Below are positions 51,901 to 64,000 of a DNA stretch of 64,000 nt, piece after piece. Each line of letters opens with the position of its first letter. Within the stretch, counting starts at the first letter, position 1. The position numbers and the translations under genes were made by a program. The notes beneath the pieces are model-generated. The model was not told the DNA's origin. It ran no database searches and saw nothing but the letters and a program-made list of their open reading frames with translations. Source of the DNA: Convolutriloba macropyga (taxonomy: Eukaryota); assembly GCF_964194025.1 (NCBI RefSeq), contig NW_027451353.1:62001-126000 (forward strand), read 5' to 3'.

Positions 51901-52471
51901 TTTAGGAGGTTGGTTCTGGTTTTAGGTGGGTGTGTTTTTGTTTTGGTGGGTTTCAGATGGCTGGGTTTTGGGTTTTAGGTGGGTAGGTTTTGGTTGAGTG
52001 GTTTTTGGTTTTTTGTGTTGTAGGTGGGTGTGGGATTTTGGTGGTTGGGTTTTGTCTTTTGTGTGGCTGGGTTTTAGGTGGGTAGGTTTTGGTTTTTGGT
52101 TGGTGGGTTCTGGTTTTAGGTGTGTGGATTTTTGTTTTTGGCTAAGTTTTAGGTGGTTGGACTTTGGATTTTAGGCGGGCACGTTTTGAGTGAGTGGTTT
52201 TTGGGTTTTTGTGTTGTAGGTGGGTTTTGGTGGGTGTGGGTTTTTGGTGGTTGGGTTTTGTCTTTTGGATGGCTGGGTTTTAGGTGGGTAGGTTTTGGTT
52301 TTTGGTAGGTTGGTTCGGGTTTTAGGTTGGTGTAATTGGTTTTTGGTAGGTGGGCTCTGGTTTTGTGTGGACTTTTGGTTTTTGGGTTGGTTTAGGTGGC
52401 TGGCTTTTGGGTTTTAGGTGGGTAGGTTTTGGGTGAGGGGGTTTTGGGTTTTAGGTGGGTGTTTTTTGGTG
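48908..52471. repeat. GT-rich strand-asymmetric satellite (left arm)
   Basis: Degenerate GGTTTTAGGTGG(G/C)T units; the + strand is overwhelmingly G/T; kb-scale recurring blocks. Confidence 0.97.
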
Positions 52472-52885
52472 TGTCGTACATCATAATTTAGTGCAGTAAA
52501 CTTATCATACGATGTACTTAATTTAATCAGTGTACCTATTCCTGAGGGGCATGTGCATAAATCATTATTACTTCACATGCTTGTCTGTTGCTACCATTTT
52601 CCCACAACGGGAAAATATTGTTCACATTTAATTTGACTTCTGGAATAACAGTTGAGTTATTCTTCATTCTCTTAGTTTTGCTTCTCGCGTACAGTTGCCC
52701 AATTTAACTTATTCTTCATTAACTGTCTTTACAATTCGAGTAAAGTAAATATTAGTCCTTACGCGATTCGCTAAGCGAATTCATTTGGAAATTGTGAAAA
52801 GCGCACTCGCCGCGCAAGTAGGACATAGAACATAAACGCAACTTGCGACTCAAGATCAAGTACGCAACTTCACTCGCGTACGACA
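52472..52885 (+). repeat. 5' LTR
   Basis: Matches 59377-59790 with about 5 substitutions counted by eye; 8-bp terminal inverted repeat. Confidence 0.98.
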
Positions 52886-54537
52886 TGGCGCAGTCAGCAG
52901 CCCAAAAACGAACTCCACTTGGCATTGAGCCATTTTGGGATAAACCTAGTGTAGACCCGCCACTGAAATGGGAAAAGTGGCAGATGCAGGCCAAGTTAGC
53001 GCTTCTTGCGAAGGAAAATATCACAATAGACACTTTGTTGGAACCAAAACCTGAAACAGTACAACTACCACTTGAACCGATCTATGAGGTTACGATAACG
53101 GGATCATCGGCACAATCGGAGCGGGAAAGATTGGCGAGAAATGCTCAATCAAAAATGAATTGGGAAAACCGGTGCCAGAGACAATTGGAGATAGGAATAA
53201 TGTGCGGAGACAAGCCATGGGCACAAGCCGATCGAAAGACTGTGTCAATGCTATTTCTCAGTTTGGGCACTGAAGGACGTCAAATTGTCCGTAGTCAAAA
53301 CCCACACCTGAAGATGGACAGTCTCTCAACAGCAGAACTTTGGACAATCATGGAAACAGCATTTATTCGTCAGCGCAACATTACATTCGACAGATATGTC
53401 CTTCTCACCACGAAACAGACAAGACGAGAGTCTATCGAACATTTTTTCGGAAAATTGAAAGAACTTTCTGAAAATTGTGAGCTCGGAAGTCAGGAAGAGA
53501 CCCTCATTAGAGACTTATTTATTGCAAATATGTTAGATCCAGAATTTCAACGGGAATTGTTGCGAGAAACCTTAGAACCAGCCCAAGCATTACGTTCGGC
53601 CATAAATATGGAATTAGGCCAAAGAAACCAACTACAAATTACAAACTCGCAATCTGCTCCGCAAGTTAATGCAATAATTCCTCAACGATTGTTTCGACCA
53701 CCGAATCAGAGACCAACTACATCCAGCTTTCCTCGATCACCAAACCAACTATGCAGGAACTGTGGCCTAACTTGGTCAGCTAATCATAGAGTCAAATGCA
53801 TTGCGAGAGGCAAGACTTGCAACAATTGAGGCCTTCAAAACCATTTTTCGCGAGTGTGCAGAAAACCAAAATCATCATCAAACAAATCTAATCGCTCTAA
53901 TGTTAACTCTGTTCAAGAAACTACAATTGATCAAACGGTAAATGCCATACAAAATATGAACTATAACCCGCAATGCGAATCGGATTACGACAGCTCAGAT
54001 GACAATATGGTCGCCAGCATCGCAAGTACCGCAATTCAGATCGAACCAAAGAACACTATCCTACAAATTGGTAACAACCATGTTGGACTTCTCATTGACT
54101 CCGGCAGTGTGTGCAGTATTTTGCCCGAGTCTCTTGCTTCGGAAATTGTGTAAAATTCTCCCCTTGCTCGATGGTTGATGATAGCGCCTCCCCAGGAACT
54201 CAAAACAATTTCCATTGAACCTATAAACGTGATAGGTATGATACAGGCACCAATTGCGAGCAATGGATGGCGACTTGAAGAAGCTGAATTTGTAGTAGTT
54301 CGTGATGGACTAAAACCACTAGTGGGAAGAGATCTATTTGACGCTCTTGGAATTTCAGTAAATCAAACCCCAAAACAGGAAGGTAGTATGGTCAACACTA
54401 TCACATCTCAATGTCCATTCAAAACACGTATCGCACAACAATTCCCTCAACTTATTACACGTATTGGTCGCTCAAAAATACACATTGTCAAATCTAAATT
54501 TCATCGTCATTTCCAGCCAAAACATCAAAAAGGGTAG
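52885..54537 (+). pseudogene. gag: Gag plus aspartic protease, one frame with two premature stops
   Basis: ORFs 52843, 53854 and 54175 share a frame. Motifs LIRDLFIANM, knuckles CRNCG..H..C and CNN*G..NHFSRVC, protease LLIDSGSVCSIL and LVGRDL. Confidence 0.92.
52886..52900 (+). other. Primer binding site, probably tRNA-Ser
   Basis: TGGCGCAGTCAGCAG directly after the LTR; its reverse complement CTGCTGACTGCGCCA resembles eukaryotic tRNA-Ser 3' ends. Confidence 0.75.
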
Positions 54538-57500
54538 AAGAGTACCCATCAATTTGCAAGAACGAGTAAATACTGAAATTAAAAAACTTCTTGCAGAGGG
54601 ACATATAGAAAAATTGAATAACTGTTCTGACCAATATTTTATTTCACCTATAGTAATCACAGTCAAACGAGATCAAACCATAAAATTAGCACTAGATTCT
54701 AAAACTCTTAACAAAGCAATACATAAGAACAAATATCAAATGCCAAATATTGAAACACTCATGGATTCGATATCACAAATAATAACAAACTACAAAACAG
54801 AACCCGCGGAGCAAATATATTTCTCTACTATTGATCTTAAATATGCTTACAGCCAACTAAATTTACACCCTGAAACTGCTAATCATTGTAATTTTAATAT
54901 TATCAGTGGTGACATGACAGGCACATACCGATTCAAAACAGGGTTCTACGGTCTTACTGACATGCCTTCCGAGTTTCAGAAGGCAATGGACTACACCCTG
55001 ATTGGACTTAAAAAAACATTCTGTTTCTTAGATGACATTTTAATTGTTAGTAAAGGTTCAGAATATGATCACTTTCAACTTGTACTGGATTGTCTTAGAA
55101 AATTAGATGCAGACAACCTTCGTATCAACCTTCCGAAATGCCACTTTGCAAAACAACAAATTTCATGGTTAGGATATAATATAACTCAAGCTGGAATCTC
55201 GCCACTCGAATCCAAAACATCATCTATTATGTCATTACAACCTCCTGATACACTCAAAAAATTACGCTCATTTCTCGGCTCAGTCCACTATATTAGCAAA
55301 TTTATTCCCAATTTAGCTCAACTCTGCCATCCTTTAAGACCTCTACTTCGTAAATCCACTAAATATATTTGGACTGACACTCACACATTACATTTTAATG
55401 CAATTAAAACTCGCATAGCAAATCATACCGAAAACATGCATTATAACCCCCAGTTTAAAACGCGAATCAAATGTGATGCTTCACGTTCTGGTTTGGGAGC
55501 AGCACTAGAACAACTAACATTTGATGGTTGGAAACCGATATCTTTTGCATCCCGATTTTTAAACAGCAGTGAAGAACGTTATAGTATTAACGAATTAGAA
55601 CTTCTTGGGGTAGTGTGGTCGATAGAATATTTTAAAATTTATTTGTATGGCAAAGAATTCACTGTTATAACTGACCACCGCGCATTACTTTCCATTTTAA
55701 AAGAACATCGATCAAATAAAAGTTACAATAGTAGGTTAGCACGGTGGGTTGACCGTCTCTTGCCTTATCAATTCTCAACAGAGCATTTACCCGGCGCAAA
55801 AATGGGCCTAGTTGATTACATATCCCGTAACCCATATCAACCAGCAAAAAGTGTTTCCAAATATGACGAAGAATTTCTAGTTGCAACATTATCGAGCATA
55901 CATACTGATGCTCAATTACTTCAACAAAAACACAATCTCACAGCTAATTCACTTCATAAATTATATATTGATATTGATGGAGAACATAAAAATTCCACCA
56001 CCATTACAGCACAAGTTTTAACCATAGATTATGAAGCTCAAAATCCTCAAACTGAAATTTCTGATTTACTCGCTTCGCGAAATAATAGTTCAAAATACTA
56101 TTCAAAACAATCTTCTACTCCAGGTATAAAACCCGCTCAGCGGGTACGCTTAACAAACGTTAATTCAAATTTCGCTCCGCGAATTAATAGTCCACAATTC
56201 TCTTCCAAACAAACTTCCAATTTAGACATAAATCCCGCTCAGCATGTTCGCTTAACAAATAATAGTTCGAATCTCGCGTCGCGAAAATACAACTCTAATA
56301 TTATCCCTTCCAAATTTAATCATCTGTATAGCACACACGCTCCAGACGTACATTTAGCTCATAAAAATAATTCATTCGCGGATCAAATGCGACACATATT
56401 TATCCATTCCACCAATGGTATTAATTGTACTAGTGTACATGATCAGCGAGTACATTCCAGTCAAAACGATTTCGTACTCGCTAACACATATTATCCTCCA
56501 AAAGTTAACACTTCTAGTTTAATTAATACCACCTCTAATCTCGCATCGCGAGTACGCAAGTCCTTTAACAAATTAACACCCGCCTGGCATAATCCTTTAC
56601 TAGTTACTCAAAAGACTAAAATGCATTCCTTAGATGACTCTTTTGCAACGCAAGTTACTAAATACCCAAATCATTCTAAATATGCGTCACATAGTCTACC
56701 ATTTACAACTACTCCCCTACAAATTGAGTCTCAAAGACTAGTAAATACAAGAAAAGCGTCACTCGCTCACCAAAATACATCCAAATTTACTTCTTTAAGT
56801 CATTCTCACTTGTCAATCAAAAATCAGCCTCAAATTCCTACCTTTTTTAGTAAGCCACACTCAAATACTTTAAATAACTCACGTGCTCAATTAGTAAACA
56901 AAAATCAAGTGCTTTTTGCCCAAACTCAACCTGAATTTCAGTTGCCTTCCTTCTCGTCAATCAATTTAATTGAAAAAACAAAAATCTCATCAACAATGAG
57001 TCAACAAGCATCTTCTCTCAAGGGAAAAACTCTCTCCACTCGATCTACCAGAGCTTCGCCTCGCGTGTCAATCACTGACAATGCAACAACGAGTACGCCA
57101 CGCAGATCCTCCTCGCACTCCAACCTAAGTACCCCACTAACGGATAGCCCCCAAGTAATGTCGTTCGAACGAGTGGTGGGAAAAGTTTTTAGCAAAGGCC
57201 TCATTGCGTCACTGACAAGTAAGGATGCAGTCTTAAAAGAAGTGCGAGACTGCATAATTCGGGGGGATGAAGAAAGACTGAAGGCCCTCAATCCATACCT
57301 TCACAGTTATTGGCGGGACCTTCACGTGACAGGCGGGTGTGTCTGCATGGACGAGAAGGTGCCAGTTCCCAATGCACTCAAAGAGGCCATCATTGACGAT
57401 CTCCATGCAAGTCACCCGGGTAGCTGGGAGATGATATGTATGGCTCAGCACTGCTGGTGGCCATACATGAACCGCGATTTGCTTGTCAAAGCAATAGAGT

Positions 57501-59224
57501 GCAAATATTGCACTGCTATCGGTAAAAATTTGAAATCTGTTATTCCCGCAAAACAATTTAAAGCACATACACCATGTATGGTTCCAAACCAAGAAATACA
57601 AATAGACTTTGCAGGGCCCATTAATAACGAAAAAGAACATGAAATATACATTTTAACATGCATTGATAGATTTTCAAAATATCCTTCTGCGGAATTAGTT
57701 GATAATGCAAATGCCTCGAATGTCATAAAATTTTTAGACAATTATATACAAATTCATGGAGTTCCTCGTTCCTTAAGAATAGATCAAGCCCGTTGTCTTT
57801 TAGGTAACCAAGTAAAAAATTTTTGTACAAAAAACAATATCACACTAATACCAGCTCCGGCAAATGATCATCGTGCAATAGGTTTAGTTGAACGATTAAT
57901 TGGTACAATTAAACAACGCTTGGCATGTATTAAAGACGCACACAAAGAACGAAATACGTTCACCATTAAAGCAGCATTAAAATCAATTATATACCAGCTT
58001 CGCATATGCAAACATAAAACAACTAAGCTTTCGCCATTCGAATCTCACTTCGGGCGTACGGCCAATACACCACTTAGTAATATAAGTACTCAACCCAAAT
58101 CATCTGACCTAAGTTATGAAAAAAATTTGAATCATTATTTAGATGAAGAAACTGTAACCCCCAACGAATTGCTGCCGGAAGAACATTGGGGAAACATCCG
58201 GAGTGATGACGAAGTTGAGCGTAATATGTGCAAGGCGACAAAGGATGCTACTAATCGCGAACGGCAAGCAACGGATACTGAATTACGCTTCCTTCGTACC
58301 ACGCATGCACACCGTCCACTCCCATTGAAAGAACACGCTGTCCAACTAAACATTGCCCGAAAGAAGCACCTTCATAAGAGATCAAAGAAGAACCTGGACG
58401 GCTTGTATGAGGTATTGGCCCCAGGATCGGTCGTCCAAAAGACCGACCAATACACTTCGGTCATTCGCGAGCCGGGTAAGGTGGAAGTGATTGTACGCAA
58501 TAGCGATATTGCAAAATTTGGCACTCGTGAAGAACGAAAAACCAAATTGACGGATTACATCAACCGCAGAGGACCCCGCACACATGAAAAGACAACGTAA
58601 GCTAAGATACTTAGCCATATCAAAGAGTGTACCCGCATCCAGAAAGGAGACAGGAAAATGAAACATCGAAAACGAGAAACTGGTAGTGGCGTATCCTCGA
58701 ATAAATCTAACATTGCTCGCGCAATGCGAGTACGCATGCCAAAAGTTCCGGACAATTTCGCTCCGCAAGTACTACCCGAAATTCCAGAGGCTGCTCCAGA
58801 TCAGCCAATTATAACGGAAGAAGTGCTTATTGCACCCCCGCCTACAAACATTCAGCAAGAAGCACTTGAATCATCTCATTCAGCTCCAACAACATCTTTC
58901 CCCAATACTCTGACACGATCAACCAAACGAACTAGGAAAAGTCCCAAATATTATGGATATGACAAAGACGACTCATCAGGTGATTCTACTAATTCGTGTC
59001 CTCCGAACTTTGCTCCACCCCGTAGGAAGCGTCGAGTGGGCGACATAGAATCGATTCAACCCTCAGTGATACAAACAATTGTGGACACAGCTACTCGAGT
59101 TGAACCGATTCATAACGACTTACCCTCGCCTATCATAGGACAGGTGTCTCCGACGGACCCCCGTATACGGCCAGCCGATCATAGCACTTCAAATGAACTG
59201 ATTATTGATGAAGAAGACATGTGA
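54464..59224 (+). CDS. pol: Pol polyprotein: RT, RNase H, long repeat-containing spacer, integrase, C-terminal tail (stop at 58598)
   Basis: STIDLKYAYSQL, FLDD, CDASRSGLGA, TDHRAL, HASHPG..CKYC, QIDFAGP, IDRFSKY, GLVERL. ORF 58658 continues in the same frame after one TAA. Confidence 0.95.
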
Positions 59225-59363
59225 AAACTGATACATTATTAATTATGACTAGCTATGATAACCAGTAAATATATTGTTGATACTATTTAGCCGGTGAATA
59301 AGTATTATTATTATTATTCATATTGTTATTAAAATTTTATTTCATGCAATTTTATTTTTTTTT

Positions 59364-59376
59364 GAAGCGGGAGAAA
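59364..59376 (+). other. Polypurine tract
   Basis: GAAGCGGGAGAAA directly before the 3' LTR. Confidence 0.9.
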
Positions 59377-59790
59377 TGTCGTACATCATAATTTAGTGCA
59401 GTAAACTTATCATACGATGTACTTAATTTAATCAGTGTACCTATTCCTGAGGGGCATGTGCATAAATCATTATTACTTCACATGCTTGTCTGTTGCTACC
59501 ATTTTCCCACAACGGGAAAATATTGTTCACATTTTATTTGACTTCTGGAATAACAGTTGAGTTATTCTTCATTCTCTTAGTTTTGCTTCTCGCGTACAGT
59601 TGCCCAATTTAATTTATTCTTCATTAACTGTCTTTACAATTCGAGTAAAGTAAACATTAGTCCTTACGCGATTCGCTAAGCGAATTCATTTGGAAATTGT
59701 GTAAAGCGCACTCGCCGCGCAAGTAGGACATAGAACATAAACGCAACTTGCGACTCAAGATCAAGTAAGCAACTTCACTCGCGTACGACA
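59377..59790 (+). repeat. 3' LTR
   Basis: 414-bp copy of the 5' LTR. Confidence 0.98.
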
Positions 59791-62700
59791 TGGTGGTTTG
59801 TTTTTGTTTTTTGATTGGCTGGATTTTAGGTTTTGTTTTCTGGTAGGTGGGTTCTGGTTTTAGGTGGGTGTGTTTTGGTTTTGGTGGGTTTTAGGTGGCT
59901 GGGTTTTGGGGTTTAGGTGGGTAGGTTTTGCGTTTTAGGTGGGTAGATATTGGTTTTTGGTTTGGGGGGTTCTGGTTATAGGTGTGTGGATTTTTTGTTT
60001 TTTGGGTGAGTTTTAGGTGGCTGGGCTTTGTATTTTAGGTGGGCACGTTTTGAGTGAGTGGTTTTTGTGTTTTTGTGTTGTAGGTGGGTTTTGGTGGGTG
60101 TGGGTTTTCGGAGGTTGGGTTTTGTCTTTTGGATGGCTGGGTTTAGGTGGGTAGGTTTTGGGTGAGTGGGTTTGGGTTTTAGGTGGTTATTTTTCGTGAT
60201 TTTGGTGGGTGGGTTTTTGGTGTGTGTGTGGGTTTTTGGTGGTTGGGTTTAGTTGGGTAGGTTTTGGTTTTTGGTAAGTGGGTTCTGGTTTCAAGTGGAT
60301 TTTTGGTTTTTGGGTGGGATTCAGGTGGCTGGGCTTTGTATTTGAGGTGGGTAGGGTTTGGGTGAGGGTTTTTGGGTTTTAGGTGGGTGTTTATTTGGTG
60401 GTTTGTTTTTGTTTTTTGATTGGCTGGCTTTTAGGTTTTTTTTTCTTAGGAGGTTGGTTCTGGTTTTAGGTGGGTGTGTTTTGGTTTTGGTGGGTTTTAG
60501 CTGGCTGGGTTTTGGGTTTTAGGTGGGTAGGTTATGGGCGAGTGGTTTTTGGTTTTTGTGTTGTAGGTGGGTGGGTTCTGGTAGGTGTGGGTTTTTGGTG
60601 GTTGGGTTTTGTCTTTTGTGTGGCTGGGTTTTAGGTGGGTAGGTTTTGGTTTTTGGTTGGTGGGTTCTGGTTTTAGGTGTGTGAATTTTTGGTTTTTGGG
60701 AGAGTTTTAGGTGGCTGGTCTTTGGATTATAGGTGGGTAGGTTTTGGGTGAGTGGTTTTTGGGTTTTTGTGTTGTAGGTGGATGGGTGTGGGTTTTTGGT
60801 GGTTGGGTTTTGTCTTTTGGGTGGCTGGGTTTTAGGTAGGTAGGTTTTGGTTTTTGGTAAGTTGGTTCAGGTTTTAGGTTGGTGTAATTGGTTTTTGGTA
60901 GGTGGGCTCTAATTTTGTGTGGATTTTTGGTTTTTGGGTTTGTTTTAGGTGGCTGGCTTTTGGCTTTTAGGGGGGTAGGTTTTGGGTGAGAGGGTTTTGG
61001 GTTTTAGGTGGGTGTTTTTTGGTGGTTTGTTTTTGTTTTTTGATTGGCTGGATTTTAGGTTTTGTTTTCTGGTAGGTGGGTTCTGGTTTTAGGTGGGTGT
61101 GTTTTGGTTTTGATGGGTTTTAGGTGGCTGGGTTTTGGGGTTTAGGTGGGTAGGTTTTGGGTTTCAGGTGGGTAGATTTTGGTTTTTGTTTGGTGGGTTC
61201 TGGTTTTAGGTGGGCACGTTTTGAGTGAGTGCTTTTCGGGTTTTTGTGTTGTAGGTGGTTTTTGGTGGGTGTGGGTTTTTGGTGGTTGGCTTTTGTCTTT
61301 TGGATGGCTGGGTTTTAGGGGGGTAGGTTTTGGTTTTTGGTAGGTTGGATCGGGTTTTAGGTTGGTGTGTTTTCGTTTTTGGGTGGGTTTTAGGTGGCTG
61401 GGTTTAAGTGGTTGGTTTTTGTATTTTTGGTGGGTGGGTTTTTGATGGGTGTGGGTCTTTGGTGGTTGGGATTTGTCTTTTGGGTGGTTGGTTTTTATGT
61501 GGGTAGGTTTTGGTTTTTAGTAGGTGGGTCCTGGTTTTAGTTGTGTGGATTTTCGGTTTTTGGGTGGGTTTCAGGTGTCTGGGCTTTGTATTTGTGGTGT
61601 GTAGGATTTGGGTGAGAGGGTTTTGGGTTTTAGGTGGGTGTTTATTTGGTGGTTTGTTTTTGTTTTTTGATTGGCTGGCTTTTAGGTTTGTTTTTTTTAG
61701 GAGGTTGGTTCTGATTTTAGGGGGGGGGGTGTATTTTGGTTTTGGTGGGTTTTAGGTGGCTGGGTTCTGGGTTTTAGGTGGGTAGGTTTTGGGTGGGTGG
61801 TTTTTGGTTTTTTGTGTTGTAGGTGGGTGGGTTTTGGTGGGTGTGGGTTTTTTGGTGGTTGGGTTTTGTCTTTTGTGTGGCTGGGTTTTAGGTGGGCAGG
61901 TTTTGGTTTTTGGTAGGTGGGTTCTGGTTTTAGGTGTGTGGATTTTTGGTTTTTGGGTGGGTTTTAGGTGGCTGGGTTTTTGGGTTTAGGTAGGTAGGTT
62001 TTGGGTTTTAGGTGGGTAGATTTTGGTTTTTGGTTGGGTTTTAGGTGGCTGGGTTTAGGTGGGTAGGTTTTGGTGAGTGGGTTTTGGGTTTTAGTTGGGT
62101 GTGTTTTGGTTCTGGTGGGTTTTAGTTGGCTGGGTTTTGGGGTTTAGGTGGGTGGGTTTTGGGTTTTAGGTGGGTGTTTTTTGTGTTTTAGGTGGGTGGA
62201 CTTTTGGTGGATTTGGGTTTTTGGTGGTTGGGTTTTGTCTTTTGGGTGACTGGGTTTTAGGTAGGTAGGTTTTGGTTTTTGGTAGGTTGGTTCGGGTTTT
62301 AGGTTGGTGTAATTGGTTTTTGGTAGGTGGGCTCTGGTTTTGTGTGGACTTTTGGTTTTTGGGTTGGTTTAGGTGGCTGGCTTTTGGGTTTTAGGTGGGT
62401 AGGTTTTGGGTGAGGGGGTTTTGGTTTTTAGGTGGGTGTTTTTTGGTGGTTTGTTTTTGTTTTTTGATTGGCTGGATTTTAGGTTTTGTTTTCTGGTGGA
62501 TGGGTTCTGGTTTTAGGTGGGTGTGTTTTGGTTTTGGTGGGTTTTAGGTGGCTGGGTTTTGGGGTTTAGGTGGGTGGGTTTTGGGTTTTAGGTGGGTAGA
62601 TTTTGGTTTTTGGTTTGGGGGGTTCTGGTTATAGGTGTGTGGATTTTTGGTTTTTGGGTGAGTTTTAGGTGGCTGGGCTTTGGATTTTAGGCGGGCACGT

Positions 62701-64000
62701 TTTGAGTGAGTGGTTTTTGTGTTTTTGTGTTGTAGGTGGGTTTTGGTGGGTGTGGGTTTTCGGTGGTTGGGTTTTGTCTTTTGGATGGCTGGGTTTAGGT
62801 GGGTAAGTTTTGGGTGAGTGGGTTTGGGTTTTAGGTGGTTATTTTTCGTGTTTTTGGTGGGTGGGTTTTTGGTGTGTGTGTGGGTTTTTGGTGGTTGGGT
62901 TTTAGTTGGCTAGGTTTTGATTTTTGGTAGGTGGGTTCTGGTTTCAAGTGGATTTTTGGTTTTTGGGTGGGATTCAGGTGGCTGGGCTTTGTATTTGAGG
63001 TGGGTAGGGTTTGGGTGAGGGGGTTTTGGGTTTTAGGTGGGTGTTTTTTCGTGGTTTGTTTTTGTTTTTTTGATTGGCTGGATTTTAGGTTTTGTTTTTT
63101 GGTAGGTGATTTCTGGTTTTAGGTGGGTGTGTTTTGGTTTTGGTGGGTTTTAGCTGGCTGGGTTTTGGGGTTTAGTTGGGTAGGTTTTGGGTTTTAGGTG
63201 GGTAGATTTTGGTTTTTGGTTTGGGGGTTCTGGTTATAGGTGTGTGGATTTTTGGTTTTTGGGTGAGTTTTAGGTGGCTGGGCTTTGGATTTTAGGTAGG
63301 TAGGTTTTGGGTTTTAGGTGGGTAGATTTTGGTTTTTGGTTGGGTTTTAGGTGGCTGGGTTTAGGTGGGTAGGTTTTGGTGAGTGGGTTTTGGGTTTTAG
63401 TTGGGTGTGTTTTGGTTCTGGTGGGTTTTAGGTGGCTGGGTTTTGGGGTTTAGGTGGGTGGGTTTTGGGTTTTAGGTGGGTGTTTTTTGTGTTTTAGGTG
63501 GGTGGACTTTTGGTGGATTTGGGTTTTTGGTGGTTGGGTTTTATCTTTTGGGTGGCTGGGTTTTAGGTAGGTAGGTTTTGGTTTTCGGTAGGTTGGTTCG
63601 GGTTTTAGGTTGGTGTAATTGGTTTTTGGTAGGTGGGCTCTGGTTTTGTGTGGACTTTTGGTTTTTGGGTTGGTTTGGGTGGCTGGCCTTTGGGTTTTAG
63701 TTGGGTAGGTTTTGGGTGAGGGGGTTTTGGTTTTTAGGTGGGTGTTTTTTGGTGGTTTGTTTTTGTTTTTTGATTGGCTGGATTTTAGGTTTTGTTTTCT
63801 GGTGGTAGGTTCTGGTTTTAGGTGGGTGTGTTTTGGTTTTGGTGGGTTTTAGGTGGCTGGGTTTTGGGGTTTAGGTGGGTAGGTTTTGGGTTTTAGGTGG
63901 GTAGATTTTGGTTTTTGGTTTGGGGGGTTCTGGTTATAGGTGTGTGGATTTTTGGTTTTTGGGTGACTTTCAGGTGGCTGGGCTTTGGATTTTAGGCGGG
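59791..64000. repeat. GT-rich strand-asymmetric satellite (right arm, continues beyond window)
   Basis: Same units as 48908-52471; resumes in register after the TSD. Confidence 0.97.

Larger units (their letters stand above)
52472..59790 (+). mobile_element. Full-length Ty3/Gypsy (Mag-like) LTR retrotransposon, 7319 bp
   Basis: 414-bp LTRs (TGTCGTAC..GTACGACA), 5-bp TSD TGGTG at 52467-52471 and 59791-59795, PBS, PPT, gag-pol. Confidence 0.98.

Noticed and set aside
57001-58768. Antisense ORFs over the integrase
   Set aside because: Shadow frames of pol with no independent coding signal.
59791-59800. Second PBS (TGG) after the 3' LTR implying a tandem element
   Set aside because: It is the TGGTG target-site duplication followed by satellite.
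50041-63122. G/F/W/V-rich ORFs within the GT satellite
   Set aside because: Compositional artefacts of G/T-only sequence.

Overview
AT-rich eukaryotic (probably invertebrate animal) genomic window dominated by repeats. (1) 1-~16.7 kb is the 3' part of a very large, decayed Ty3/Gypsy-type LTR retroelement. It has gag-PR-RT-RH-IN, a cysteine-rich env-like fusion glycoprotein, and a virus-like accessory region: a tandem array of about 5-7 small paralogous ORFs with stop/start overlaps, three double-RING-like zinc-finger ORFs interleaved with tiny membrane-protein ORFs, a kissing-loop RNA structure, a coiled-coil ORF, a PPT and a probable 3' LTR. (2) Two minus-strand coding exons of a host adenylate kinase 5-like gene (24740-24820, 20188-20440); the retroelement probably lies antisense in its intron. 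(3) Several MITEs, a ~365-bp/~1.41-kb higher-order satellite (28.9-38.4 kb), a ~350-bp repeat, an assembly gap and a (GT)n tract. (4) 41-48.4 kb is a decayed CACTA/EnSpm-type DNA transposon whose transposase appears N-terminally fused to a Suv4-20 (KMT5B/C)-like SET domain, with BEN-like and SGNH-hydrolase-like passenger ORFs. (5) A strand-asymmetric GT-rich satellite (48.9-64 kb) is interrupted by a young full-length Mag-like Ty3/Gypsy element (52472-59790; 414-bp LTRs; TGGTG TSD). All family assignments come from motif recognition by eye; no database search was run.
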